The notes beneath the pieces were generated by a model. The model was not told the origin of the DNA. It did no database searches and saw only the letters and a list, made by a program, of their open reading frames with translations. Positions 9,325-20,700 of a stretch of DNA of 64,000 nt are shown piece by piece. The stretch lies in the NCBI GenBank assembly GCA_001804315.1, contig MHFT01000024.1, positions 13,610-77,609 on the forward strand. Reading direction: 5' to 3'. Source of the DNA: Omnitrophica bacterium RIFCSPLOWO2_12_FULL_50_11. GTDB taxonomy: Bacteria; Omnitrophota; Omnitrophia; Omnitrophales; Danuiimicrobiaceae. Position 1 is the first letter of the stretch. Each line of letters opens with the position of its first letter. The position numbers and the translations under genes are program-made.

Positions 9325-10554
9325 ATGAAACTTCCCATTTACATGGACCATCAATCGACAACGCCGGTAGATCCCGCGGTTCTTGAGGCAATGCTGCCTT
9401 ACTTAAAAAATGAGTTTGGCAATGCGGCGAGCAGGCACCACTCCTTTGGCTGGCGAGCACAGGAAGCCGTTGAAGACGCGCGTCGGAAAATTGCCCGCCT
9501 GATCGGCGCAGAAGATCCGGCCGAGATCATTTTTACAAGCGGGGCGACTGAGTCGAACAATCTTGCGATCCTCGGCATTTCCAAAATGTATCGTGAAAGG
9601 GGCAGTCACATCATTACGACCGCGATCGAGCATCGAGCGGTACTCGACACGTGCAAATATCTTGAAACGCAGGGATTTCAAGTCACCTATTTGCCGGTGG
9701 ACAAAAATGGCCTGATTCGTTTGCGGGATCTTGAAGGGGCGCTGACGAAGAAAACGATCCTCATTACGGTGATGTATGCGAATAATGAAATTGGTGTCCT
9801 CCAGCCTGTCAGTGAAATCGGGAGAATCGCCAAGGAACGGGGCGCCTTCTTTCATTGTGATGCTGTGCAAGCAGTCGGAAAAATTCCAGTCGATGTAGGC
9901 ATGATGAATATGCATCTCGTGAGCATTTCAGCGCACAAGATGTACGGACCGAAAGGGATCGGCGCTTTGTATGTCAGGAGCCGAAAGCCCAGAGTGAGGA
10001 TTTCTCCGCTGATCCACGGCGGAGGCCACGAGCACGGGCTGAGATCTGGCACGCTCAATGTTCCGGCGATCGTCGGTTTCGGAAAAGCAGCTGAGGTTTC
10101 AGCGCAAGTGATGGAGGAAGAATCAAAGCGGCTCCTCAGACTGCGCGGGCGGCTTCGGAAAGGAATCTCGGAGAAACTCGACGAAGTTTATGTCAACGGC
10201 AGCCTGGAGGAGCGGCTTCCGGGCAATTTGAACATAAGCTTTGCCTTTGTCGAAGGCGAGTCACTTCTGAAGGGCATCACCGAGGAAATTGCGGTTTCGA
10301 GCGGCTCCGCTTGCACTTCGGCCGCGGCTGAGCCGTCCTACGTCTTAAAAGCGCTAGGTGTTAGTGAGGCTTTTGTACATACCTCTGTACGTTTCGGATT
10401 GGGGCGGTTCAATACCGAAGAAGAGGTGGATTACACGATTCAAAAGGTGGTCGAGGTGGTGAAGCACCTTCGCGCGCAATCGTCATTGTATGAAATGCAT
10501 CGGCAAGGAAGTGATCCTCCTCTTCGCCTCCCCTCTGAAAGAGGGGTAGCTTAA
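9325..10554 (+). CDS. iscS: Cysteine desulfurase
   Basis: [34 protein letters not shown] (PLP Lys) and SSGSACTS; start at ATG 9325. Confidence 0.95.
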   Translation: MKLPIYMDHQSTTPVDPAVLEAMLPYLKNEFGNAASRHHSFGWRAQEAVEDARRKIARLIGAEDPAEIIFTSGATESNNLAILGISKMYRERGSHIITTAIEHRAVLDTCKYLETQGFQVTYLPVDKNGLIRLRDLEGALTKKTILITVMYANNEIGVLQPVSEIGRIAKERGAFFHCDAVQAVGKIPVDVGMMNMHLVSISAHKMYGPKGIGALYVRSRKPRVRISPLIHGGGHEHGLRSGTLNVPAIVGFGKAAEVSAQVMEEESKRLLRLRGRLRKGISEKLDEVYVNGSLEERLPGNLNISFAFVEGESLLKGITEEIAVSSGSACTSAAAEPSYVLKALGVSEAFVHTSVRFGLGRFNTEEEVDYTIQKVVEVVKHLRAQSSLYEMHRQGSDPPLRLPSERGVA

Positions 10555-10555
10555 G

Positions 10556-10993
10556 GTGCGGGGGCTGAAACGCAGGATCTTCCTTTATTCTTTTCTCATT
10601 TTGCTCGCGTGGGGGAGCTATCAGTATTTTTGGGGCCGGCATTTGTATCTCGTGACGGCCTATTGCAATTGCCCAATATGTATTAACGTCGAAAAGCATC
10701 GGGACGGCAAATTCGCCAGCGGGAGGCCGGTTTATTGGGGCGGCGCCGCTAGCGATCCAGGAGTATCTTTTGGATCCAAGTTAGAACTGATGCCTCATCT
10801 GCCTCAAGACTGGCTTGCTGTTTTCACGGCGCTTCGCGGGCGGCGCGATTTTCGTGTGGAAGACCGCGGCGGGAAAATTACGGGGCGACACATCGATCTT
10901 TTTATCCCGGACGACCTGGGTGGTCACAAAACAGCCATAGCGTGGGGTGTCAGGCGGATGAGAATCAAGCTGAATGGGATTTTGGCAGAATGA
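10556..10993 (+). CDS. 3D-domain (MltA-like) protein
   Basis: N-terminal TM segment; VTAYC, ASDP and VEDRGGKITGRHIDLF. Confidence 0.8.
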   Translation: MRGLKRRIFLYSFLILLAWGSYQYFWGRHLYLVTAYCNCPICINVEKHRDGKFASGRPVYWGGAASDPGVSFGSKLELMPHLPQDWLAVFTALRGRRDFRVEDRGGKITGRHIDLFIPDDLGGHKTAIAWGVRRMRIKLNGILAE

Positions 10994-11825
10994 TTTGCAT
11001 CAATTCAGCCGGCGCCGAACAAACAAAATCGGCACCTGCTTTCTTTAACCTCCGCTTCATTTCACATGGCGAAGCCGATGCGGCCAAAAATCCGCAGGAA
11101 AAGATTTTGACTTTTTTCTTTGCCCCTCTTGTTGCAAGCATGTCATCAGGCAAGTCTCCTACGTACAGGTAACGCAGACTTCTGCCGAGCCGCGCGGCAA
11201 TTTTTAAAAGCCCGTAGGGATTTGGTTTCTTTTTCGTTTTCGGTGTGTCATCTTGTGTGGTGAGCGCATCGATGAGCGAATCGATCCGAAATCTGCGGAG
11301 CGCAAAGTGCGCCTCTTCGCCGTTGCGCCCTGTCAAAACTCCTACTTTCAGGCCTTCGCGCTTCAGCCTCTTTAAGGATGAAATCGGGATCAGCATCTTT
11401 TCGTTCCATACGAAATCGCCGAGATAAAATCTTTGAAACATGTCCGCAATTTTTTCCATCGATACGACCGTATGCTTCCCTGACTTTTTTTCGATTCCTG
11501 CCACACCGAGCGGCCCTGACCGCGCGATTCGCACAAGCTCAGGAATGTTTTTCTGCTTCCGAAGTTCATTCAGCCTGCGGCGCTTGGGTTTCAAAGAAAG
11601 GAAGTAAAGCAAGAAGCCGTAGCAAGTGTCCCAGTCGTCGTTAAAGCCGCCGAGCGATTTGAATTGTTCAACATCTTGGCGCGTCAGGAGTGGAGTACGA
11701 GAGGGCTGGAAACCCAGTACCGCCGCGAGATAAGTTTCTACCGTTTTCCGAATGCAGTCGGTGTACGAGGCGCGCGTGTCGACAAGAACGTTATCGATAT
11801 CAAAAATGACCGCATCAAAGTTCAT
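10965..11825 (-). CDS. HAD-superfamily hydrolase
   Basis: FDIDNVLVD, GGFNDDWD, TGR, KPNP and YVGDLPDD. Confidence 0.85.
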   Translation of the reverse strand: MNFDAVIFDIDNVLVDTRASYTDCIRKTVETYLAAVLGFQPSRTPLLTRQDVEQFKSLGGFNDDWDTCYGFLLYFLSLKPKRRRLNELRKQKNIPELVRIARSGPLGVAGIEKKSGKHTVVSMEKIADMFQRFYLGDFVWNEKMLIPISSLKRLKREGLKVGVLTGRNGEEAHFALRRFRIDSLIDALTTQDDTPKTKKKPNPYGLLKIAARLGRSLRYLYVGDLPDDMLATRGAKKKVKIFSCGFLAASASPCEMKRRLKKAGADFVCSAPAELMQIILPKSHSA

Positions 11826-11831
11826 AAATTA

Positions 11832-12010
11832 AAATAACCAAATCTCAATGACGACGTTGTTGCAATTGCTTGACGCCCTACGGACGCTCGCAATGTCATA
11901 TTAAGATTACTGCATGAACTGGGGCGTAATCAATTCTCTCATCAAGGTCGTATTTGTTCTTTCGTTTATTGTTCGTTGAAATTTCATTCGTCATTGGGAT
12001 TTGGTTATTT
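11832..12010. repeat. Long inverted repeat enclosing about 135 bp of non-coding DNA
   Basis: AAATAACCAAATCTCAATGACGA versus TCGTCATTGGGATTTGGTTATTT. Confidence 0.65.
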
Positions 12011-12012
12011 CT

Positions 12013-13686
12013 TTATGACGTTATCGCTCCTTTCGATGCGGACGACACCAGCCGGGCGTATTTTGCCATCACGCCGCTTGTGTAGCGCGGTTTGGGAGGC
12101 TTCCAAGTTTTGAAACGATCCGCGATTTCTTTTCGCGAGAGCGCTGCATCGAGCTTACGATTCGGGAGATCAAATGTGATTTGGTCTCCGTCTCGGAGAA
12201 TAGCAATCGGTCCGCGATCTACGGCTTCTGGCGCCACGTGGCCGGCCATTAAACCGTGCGTAGCGCCGGAAAAACGACCGTCGGTCACGAGCGCAACGGA
12301 GTCGCCAAGGCCCTCACCGACGATTGCTGCGGTGACACCGAGCATCTCTCGCATTCCAGGACCCCCTTTTGGTCCTTCGTATCTGATGACGACCACATCG
12401 CCCGGTTTAATTTTCTGATTTTTGACGGCATTAAATGCATCCTCTTCGCAATCAAAAACGCGTGCGGCTCCTGTATGAGTCAGGCGCTTCTCGCCGGCAA
12501 TTTTTAAAACACATCCTTCCGGTGCCAAATTTCCTTTCAGGATGACGAGGCCGCCCGATAGGTTGAGCGGATTCTTAAGCGGCCGAACTACCTCTTGGTT
12601 CGGTGTTTCTTTCGCTCGCACGATTTCGTCGCCAATTTTTCTTGTCGTTACGGTAAGTGGATCAAGATGAAGCAGCTTCGCATCCGCGAGGCGTTTCAGT
12701 AGAAGACAAATTCCGCCGGCTCGGTAAAGATCGTTTGCAACGAATCGGCCGCCCGGTTTTAAATCACCAATCAGGGGGGTTTTACGGCTGATGCGGTCAA
12801 AATCATCGATGGAGATGTCGACGCCTCGTTCGTGCGCGACCGCAAGGAGATGCAAAACCGCATTGGTGGAACCGCCGGTTGCACAAACCGCAGCAATCGC
12901 GTTTTCAATCGATTTTCGATTAATGATTGCACTTGGCCGGATGTCTTTCTTAAGTAGTTCGATCACAAGTTTGCCCGCTGCGTAGCACGCTTCGTCTTTT
13001 TTGGGGTCCATCGCGGGAATGTCATTGACGCCCATCGGTGAGATTCCCATCGCAGCAAATGCTGTGGACATCGTATTCGCCGTAAATTGACCGCCACATG
13101 CCCCCGCAGCAGGACAAGCGCGATCCTCGAGATTTTTTAATTGCTCCGCACTCATCTTCCCCGCAGCAAATTTGCCAACACCTTCGAATACATCTTGTAT
13201 CGTGACGTCGTGTCCCTCGAAAGTTCCTGGTGCGATCGAACCGCCGTAAATCATGAGACTCGGGGCGTCAACACGGCAAAGCGCCATCACGGTTCCGGGA
13301 ATCGTTTTGTCGCATCCTGAGATGGCAACGAGCGCGTCGAAATAGTGGCCGCGCGCGACGAGTTCGATTGAATCGGCAACCACTTCTCGGCTGACAAGAG
13401 AAGTTTTCATGCCCTCTGTGCCCATTGTGATGCCGTCGGAGATCGCAATCGTATTGAATTCCTGCGGCGTGCCGCCTGCGTCGCGCACACCCTGTTTTAC
13501 TTTTTCTGAGAGCCGGCGGAGATGGAAATTACAGGGCATGGTTTCGATCCAAGTGTTCGCAATGCCAACAATTGGACGACGAATCTCTTCATCACGAAGC
13601 CCCATCGACTTCATCATCGCCCGTGCCGGAGCGCGAGAAGGGCCTTCCGTAATGACTGAACTACGTTTATTTAACCGGTGTTTCAT
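12013..13686 (-). CDS. ilvD: Dihydroxy-acid dehydratase
   Basis: PCNFHL, SDGITMG, GCDKTIPG, CGGQFTANTM, GPKGGPGMREML and TDGRFSG. Confidence 0.97.
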   Translation of the reverse strand: MKHRLNKRSSVITEGPSRAPARAMMKSMGLRDEEIRRPIVGIANTWIETMPCNFHLRRLSEKVKQGVRDAGGTPQEFNTIAISDGITMGTEGMKTSLVSREVVADSIELVARGHYFDALVAISGCDKTIPGTVMALCRVDAPSLMIYGGSIAPGTFEGHDVTIQDVFEGVGKFAAGKMSAEQLKNLEDRACPAAGACGGQFTANTMSTAFAAMGISPMGVNDIPAMDPKKDEACYAAGKLVIELLKKDIRPSAIINRKSIENAIAAVCATGGSTNAVLHLLAVAHERGVDISIDDFDRISRKTPLIGDLKPGGRFVANDLYRAGGICLLLKRLADAKLLHLDPLTVTTRKIGDEIVRAKETPNQEVVRPLKNPLNLSGGLVILKGNLAPEGCVLKIAGEKRLTHTGAARVFDCEEDAFNAVKNQKIKPGDVVVIRYEGPKGGPGMREMLGVTAAIVGEGLGDSVALVTDGRFSGATHGLMAGHVAPEAVDRGPIAILRDGDQITFDLPNRKLDAALSRKEIADRFKTWKPPKPRYTSGVMAKYARLVSSASKGAITS

Positions 13687-13907
13687 TTTGCGGCCTCGAG
13701 GAAAGGGGTAGTCCCCCACCACTTTTGATTTTGGCGGTTTGAACAGCTTATATGACGCATCATTTCAAAAGTGGTGGGGGAGTAGTGTAATAGAAAAGAA
13801 ATGCATTGTCATTACAGGGTTGGCGCGAAGCGAACCCACGGCAACTCCTTCAAGACGTTCCTTCACTAGTTCAGCAAAGCCTCTGAAATTACGCAAGTCT
13901 TGGAGTT

Positions 13908-14321
13908 TTAAACCAAACGAACATGCGGAATGACATTTTTAGCCACTCGATGCAATCGGCGGTCCGAAGTCACAAAAATTTCAGAGCCCGAGAGAATCCC
14001 AGAAGCGAGCTGGACGGCATCCAAGGTTTTCAAGGCGTGTTGGCGGATGAGCTGAACGGCCTCATGTTCGAGATTTTCATTCCATACGGTCAGGAGAAAA
14101 TAGGCAAAATCCTTTTTAACCTCCACGCGAAGCCACTCAGCCTTTTCACGTGTCAACGTGTCCTCTCGCACGCACCGTTCAATGGTGGCATTCATTTCAA
14201 GCCACGTCACGGGAGAAACTACAATTTCCGCCGTTTTGGAGAGAAGCTTTTCAAAAGCCTCGCTTCCCGGTTCATCCGCATACTTTTTGAAAAGGGACGA
14301 TGTGTCAACAAATAGTCTCAC
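13908..14321 (-). CDS. vapC: VapC-family PIN-domain toxin
   Basis: FVDTSSLFKKY...E...LKTLDAVQLAS...FVTSDRRL. Confidence 0.88.
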   Translation of the reverse strand: MRLFVDTSSLFKKYADEPGSEAFEKLLSKTAEIVVSPVTWLEMNATIERCVREDTLTREKAEWLRVEVKKDFAYFLLTVWNENLEHEAVQLIRQHALKTLDAVQLASGILSGSEIFVTSDRRLHRVAKNVIPHVRLV

Positions 14322-14548
14322 CGTTCTTCGTTCCGCATCTGAGACACCGTTTGAGACAGCCCGGCACCTCTGACTTTAATCTTGGAAATTGGCCGCTTCC
14401 AGCCTGGGTGGGCTAGGTTCTCATTATGGGGAATCAAATCTGCAACTGGCGTACGCCGTTCCAGGATCACGATCCTCTCGCCCCGTTTGACCGCCTTAAT
14501 ATAACTGGAAAAACCGCGGGTCAACTGTCTAATCGTCACTTGAGTCAT
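14318..14548 (-). CDS. Phd/YefM-type antitoxin paired with vapC
   Basis: MTQVTIRQL...FSSYIKAVKRGERIVI...PVADLIP; GGAGGA RBS; overlaps the vapC start. Confidence 0.85.
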   Translation of the reverse strand: MTQVTIRQLTRGFSSYIKAVKRGERIVILERRTPVADLIPHNENLAHPGWKRPISKIKVRGAGLSQTVSQMRNEER

Positions 14549-14729
14549 GTTCAAATCCTCCAATGAGGATCATACATAATGTCATACATTTTGTCAAACA
14601 TAGCTCATTCTATGCACCCTGCCAGAGTCATGTCCTGCGGAATGAAGGCGCCGTTCTGAAACATCGGGAAACTCCCAAGCCTATGGATTTAAATAGCTTA
14701 TGTCTTTTAAATTGTGCACACTCGACCTG

Positions 14730-14758
14730 TTGAAAATGAACTTTTTTTAATGTATAAT
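14730..14758 (+). promoter_or_regulatory. sigma70-type promoter for the giant ORF
   Basis: TTGAAA-N17-TATAAT; GGGAGGA RBS just before GTG 14798. Confidence 0.7.
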
Positions 14759-14797
14759 TAAGTCAGTATAAAATTAGGCTTTCTGGGAGGAAGCAAG

Positions 14798-17700
14798 GTG
14801 GAAGCCAGCTTAAAAGGCCAGGTTTTACCACATAACGCTCGGTGCTTTAGAAAGTCATTTTGGAGAGCGACGGCTTGCGTCGTCTTATTTTCTTTCGCGA
14901 CTACAACTGTCGCTTGGTCCGATCCTGGCTTTGGTTCACTCGACCCCTCTTCCTCTTATTCATCTTTTGCACAACACTCCCTCATTAACCCATTGAGAAA
15001 TATTGATCTCCCAGAGCGTCTTGGGAAGATCGACGAACTGTTCCTCCCAGAGAGAGTCTCTCCCGATTCTCCGTTCGTCGTCTACCTCCAAGACGCTCAC
15101 TCTAACCTCGGGGCTCAGCGCCGCATTGCGGAGGTGGCGCGCGAGCTGAGCGACAAGCTCCAAATCGAGGCCATCCTTGTTGAAGGCGGCACAGGCGAAG
15201 CCGATCTTGCGGATCTAAGATCGTTTCCGGATCAAGAAGTTAAAGAGCGCGCAACCGAATTTTGGCTCAAAGAGGCGATGCTCAGTGGAATTGAACGGGA
15301 AGCGATTGTCGGTCCAAAAGTCTACCGCTTCTTTGGCGTGGAGGACGAAGCACTTTACGAAGCAGGGGGGCGTAATTTTATTGAGGCACAAACCCGCTCG
15401 CAGCCCTTTTTGACTTCGCTCAAACCGCTGGTTCAAGAAAACGGCGAAAATAGGAGGCAATACCTTAACAAGAAGCTCTACGAGTTCGAAGAACGGGTCT
15501 CTCAGTTTGAGGAAAAGAACGAACTGATTGCCCTTGTCAGTTTTCTTGCGAGTAAAGCGCGTAACCTTCACATCAACCGCTGGAAATATCTCGAAATCGA
15601 AAAGTTAATCGACCTCATTCTGCTTGAAATGGAGGGGGGAAATAGTGAGCGCTTTTTCGAAATTCAAGAAATGCTCGATTCAAGAAAACTTTTCCGCGAG
15701 TTGGATTCCTTGAAGTCGGAAGTTAAGGAACGGTTGTTTCAAACGGACGCCGAGCGCGCCATTGACGAAGAGCACCAAGCGCTAAAAGCGTTGCAAGCGA
15801 TCGTATCACTTAAAGCAACCCCCGACGATTTTGATTATTTCCGCAAGCGCCGCGAATTGATCAAGAAGTATGCGCAGAGGGCAAAATTAGATTCCGAAGC
15901 GCTTGCGTCTGCCGAGGCCTTTTACCGATCTGCGCAGGAACGCGATCGGAAAATATTCGAAAATATCCAGGCGATTCTCGGCGAAAACGGAATCAAACGC
16001 GCGATTTTAGTGACCGGTGGCTTCCACGCTCCCGGAATCACAACCGAATTCCGTAAGCACAAAATTCCATACGTTCTGATCTCGCCCAAATTTTCTGACG
16101 AGGACAATTACTCGAACTATCTCGCACGCGTTTCCGGCAAACGTGCGAGTCTCGACGAATTCAAATCGAAGCATTCTAACCGTCATCTGGAAGGAAGCCT
16201 TAACGGAGTCGTCATCCTGAGGCAACGATCCAAAGAGGTGCCGAAGGATCCCGGTCGGGATTCGTCTTCCAAGGAGCCTGCCCTGAGGACGGGATCCTTC
16301 GGGCCTTCGGCCCTCAGGATGACGTCCGAAAGAGGGCTTCCCAATGACGGCGCATCTCATTCCCACGCCGCGGCGCACGCTGTTTTCAACCGCGCCGAAC
16401 TCCGCGTCATTCGTGAGTCATTTGAGTGGTTAAGAGAGGGTGTAAGTTCGGCCGAGAGTGCCACTTCTCCTCAGACAGGTTTACGACGCGCCGAAACGCG
16501 AACAGAAAAACCAAAACTTCGATTTACTTTGCGAAGTTTAATCTTTTGGGTGATTTGCTATGCCTTAATGTTAGCGTTTATCAAAGCGGTTTTTGGCGAG
16601 GTAGAGTGGGGAGAAGCGCTAGGAGTAATGTTAGGTGTAGGTGTATTGGCTAGGCTTTTTCACTTAGAGTATGTGGATCTATTCGACCTGACTGAAGGGG
16701 CTGGCATTGAAAAGTCAATTGACCGCAGATTCGGATTGAAAAGGGAATCACGCGATCTCGATCCGAAAAAGGACGGAGCGGAAAGCGGTCGTGACCCAGA
16801 GGAACCACCGTCCGAAAACGCGGATCCGGACCGCCGCGCAGAGATGCGTAGAGAAATTCAGGTGGAGGCTACAACGGCGGAAGATGGACGGAAAAGCGGC
16901 GACATCGCAGGCGCGGTCGATTCTCTTCCACCTTCCACCCTCCAGCTTCCAGTTTCTTATCGCCAAGCGGAAGTGCGGGCAGAAAGGAACGCCGAAGACG
17001 GAAACAAGGAGCGGAATCAGATTCCGATTTTGGATTCGAGACAGGCCACTCGTTTGGAAAGACCGGGAAGAGCGACGCGAACGGCACTTTCAACTCCCGA
17101 TAGACGGTTTTCGACAAAGAAGAGGCGATCTTCTACCGCAGAGAGACGTTCTTCTACTGCTGAGAAACGGTTGGGAAGGGGCCCAACGCCCTCCACAACA
17201 GCACGAAACTGGCCTCGAAGATCTTCGATCAATGTCCCTACTTCTGTGACGGTATATGAATCAGCCCTTTTTTTTGGCTTGGTAGGATTACCTTTGCTCA
17301 TTTCAAATCTCCTTGAGGATCATTTTGTGGGAACGGAAGGAATGGAAAGCACTGTATCAAGGCTGCCACAAGATGTCAAGGCGCCTTTTCAAAAATCGCA
17401 CCGCGCTGAAATCCGAAGTCGATCCGGCAGGGAGGACGGTTCGGAAATCAAAGCGACAAGCTCAGAGGAAGGACAAAACATCCGATCCGTCCGTTCGGAT
17501 AAAATGCAATGGCTTACAGTTAGCATTTTGCTTCCAGCCGTCACATTGGGCTTAGGGATCGGGGCAACTTTTCTGACCAAACGTTTCGAATCGCTTCCCG
17601 TTTCGATTTTATTCGTGAGGGGGATGCAATATATTTTGGGCACATTCGCAGACATAGGAATGAGTGCTGCTGCGAATTATGTTGGTCAGTGGCGTAAATT

Positions 17701-20700
17701 TAGGAGTAAGGCCAGCTGGGCGAGGGCAGTCCGTTTTGGCTTAATTATCCAAGTCGGTTTCTCGATCTGGTTTTTCGTCAAGCCGCGGCTTAGGATTCGA
17801 CTGGACCACTACGGGTCTGTCATGATGGTTGCTGCCGATACGGTGATTAGTTTGTTTACCCATCGTTTGTTGCTTCATTTGCTATATAGATCCGAGAGGT
17901 TATCTAAAGACGAGATTCGCGAAAAGATGAAAAACACATTTTGGCCTTCTTATGGGATGTTGGCGGGCGTGTGGGGCATTTTCAATTTAGGCATTTATGC
18001 TATTCCAAAAGATTGGGCCTTCGTTATTCCTATTATTTCATCGGTCGTGGCTTTTGTGAACAAAGTTATTTTGTCAGCTTATCTATATCGATCATCTTCC
18101 CGGACACTGATGATGAAGTTTGGGGGGACTTTCGGCTTGGTAGCTCCGATCATAAGCTTTGTTGCGATGGGTTCAGTCATCGGGCTTGACTTTTCATTTC
18201 GGCACGTGATTTTTGGGGGATTGAGTGGATGGTTAGTCGGAAGTGCGTTCGTTTACTTTGCAAAAAAATACTGGGGCTCAATCCAAACTGAAGGTGACGC
18301 GCTTCAAACGGGACCGGCATCTACAGGCAATGTCAATGATTTCCGGCCTGAGGTGCGGGGCAATGAGAAATTGAGTCGCACGCGGTGGGTCCGGCCATCT
18401 TGGATTGATTCGACCAGCTTGTTTTCACCGGCGGAAAGAAAACTCATTCGGGAACGCGGTCAATTGCTCAAGTTCGTGTACCCGCGCTTGAGCGAGAATG
18501 CGAAAAAAGTATTACTTTACCCTTCCTTCTTGCCCGTCTTTATGGGCGTCAAGCCGGCGTACCTGCGTATTACAGACCTTATTACTGGCCGCAAAGAACC
18601 GGATCCTATGATCCTTGCGAGAGAATTGAAAGATATTCCCAAGGCTTGGGATCAACTTGGGATAACGTTCAACGACATCAGAGCGATGTTAGTATTCGAT
18701 GTTTTTGATCAACTCAAGGCGCACATGAAACTTTTAAAAGACTTTGGTGTCCTGCCGCGCTATCCAAACGTCGACCTGATGAGCGAAGAGTGGAAAAGCT
18801 ATCAACCGAGCAAGTGGCAGGCGTTATCGGAAGAATTGGAATTGTTCATTGACGACTTAGACGACAATGTTGAGGTTAGTCAGAGTGCTGGGCATGTTCT
18901 TAACGGCATTGTCTTAGGTTATCCGGTGGCGGAAGTTCAGGCTCTAGGCGAATACATAACGGGCTTTTCGGTGAGTGTAACGCGGCTGTCGACAGAGTTT
19001 GAAGGCATTGAGCTCTTCGTTCGACTAGGAGAAAAGGGAGAAATTGCAGACGAAACGCATCGCTATCTCGCGCGGATGACCGATGCGCTTTATTATGCCT
19101 ATTCACTCCTACAGGAAAATGAGGACTTCGCGAGCATAGCTCAGGAACTCAACCTTCCCCCTAGAGTTCTTTCAGCCGAAGCTCCTGAGTCGATTGTCAG
19201 CCGTGGCGAACTTAGGCAAAGCGATTTTTTCAGGTCTGAGGTGCGGGGAAAAGAAAACGCTCAAGATTTACAATTGTATATTCGGCGTGCTCGCCATCCA
19301 GAGGTTCAAAGCGGAGAAACGAGTGATCAGGCGCCGGATTCTGCCGCCGTCAGCCTGTTGCCAATACCGCGAATTTCTTCTTTGAGCTCAGACCGCGTTT
19401 CTCCAAGTTCAGTCCGAGTATCACGGAGGTCCTTGGAGAGTTTTGACACGGCGTCTTCAAGGCGAGATGCTTTACCGTTGAGGACGTTGATTCGGAGTTC
19501 GATCGTATCTAGCCTTCGGCTGTTGCCGTGGACAGTTACCTCGAGCCGTTCCATCCTCGTATCGAGACCTGACTGGCCCTCAGCGAGGGTATCAAATTTC
19601 TTGTCCAATGCTTCCAGAAGTGTGCCCACTTCCGTGACTGAATATGAATCAGCCATTTTCTTTGGCTTGGTAGGATTACCTTTGCTCATTTCAAATCTCC
19701 TTGAGGATCAATTTGTGGGAACGGCAGGAATGGAAAGCAAGGTATCAGAGCGGCCACAAGATGTCAAGGTGCCTTTTGATGCCGGGCGCAAGACCGGAAT
19801 TGCGAACCCCAAAATCTTCTCCTCTCCCCTGTCGGGGGAGAGGATTTCCGCCAAAGGACGCGGCGGATCCGCCGCGCTGTATGGCGGAAAGGTGAGGGGG
19901 ACGAGTGAAAATAACTTGAACATCCACCCTCACCCAACCCTCTCCCTCCAATGGAGAGAGAGGGGAAAAGACTACAGCTACGGTCTTGTGACTTTTGATG
20001 CCGCCCGGCGTGCGGAGACCCGCGATCGAGTGCGGAATCCGGAGTTCAGGGTGCGGAGTGGACTTAAGTTCGGGAGTTCGCCCGTTCCGCACTCCGCACT
20101 CCGCATTTCCAACTCAAATCGGCGGGCCGAAGCGCGGGCAGAGAGCGATGGAGATCAACTTGTCAAACGATTCACAAGGTTAAGGGGGATGAATCTTTTG
20201 AGAGCTTTACCTGAATTAAACGGCGCGGTTCGACGGAAAGATTTGCCGGCTCGCACTTTGGAGAAGCTGAAAGAACAGCGCCGGATTAGGTATGTTCCTT
20301 ATGTACGCGGAGCGCTCAAAAGGCTCGCACGGAATTTAAGGAGCGAATTTCCAAAGGGGCGTGAGCTCATGAAAGCAGTTGCGGATGCATCAGGTGATCC
20401 TGAACTCTATGACCGTTCGGATGCCCTTCCGTTGCGAATTCTCCAGCAAATCGATCAACGAAAAGCGTGGGAGAGGGTGGCCTCTAACGACAACGTCGCA
20501 GAGCTTCTCCTCCGCGCGAAAGAAGCATTTGATCGGTATATGAGCACTGATGACGCATGGCTTTCAGAACATCTGCCTGAACTCAAGGATAAAAGGGCCG
20601 CCTACTTTTCGGCTGAATTTGCGGTTCCGCCGCTCCCGATATACACCGGCGGAATGGGGGTGCTGGCGGCTGATATCGTGGCGAGCGCGAGTGATCTGAG

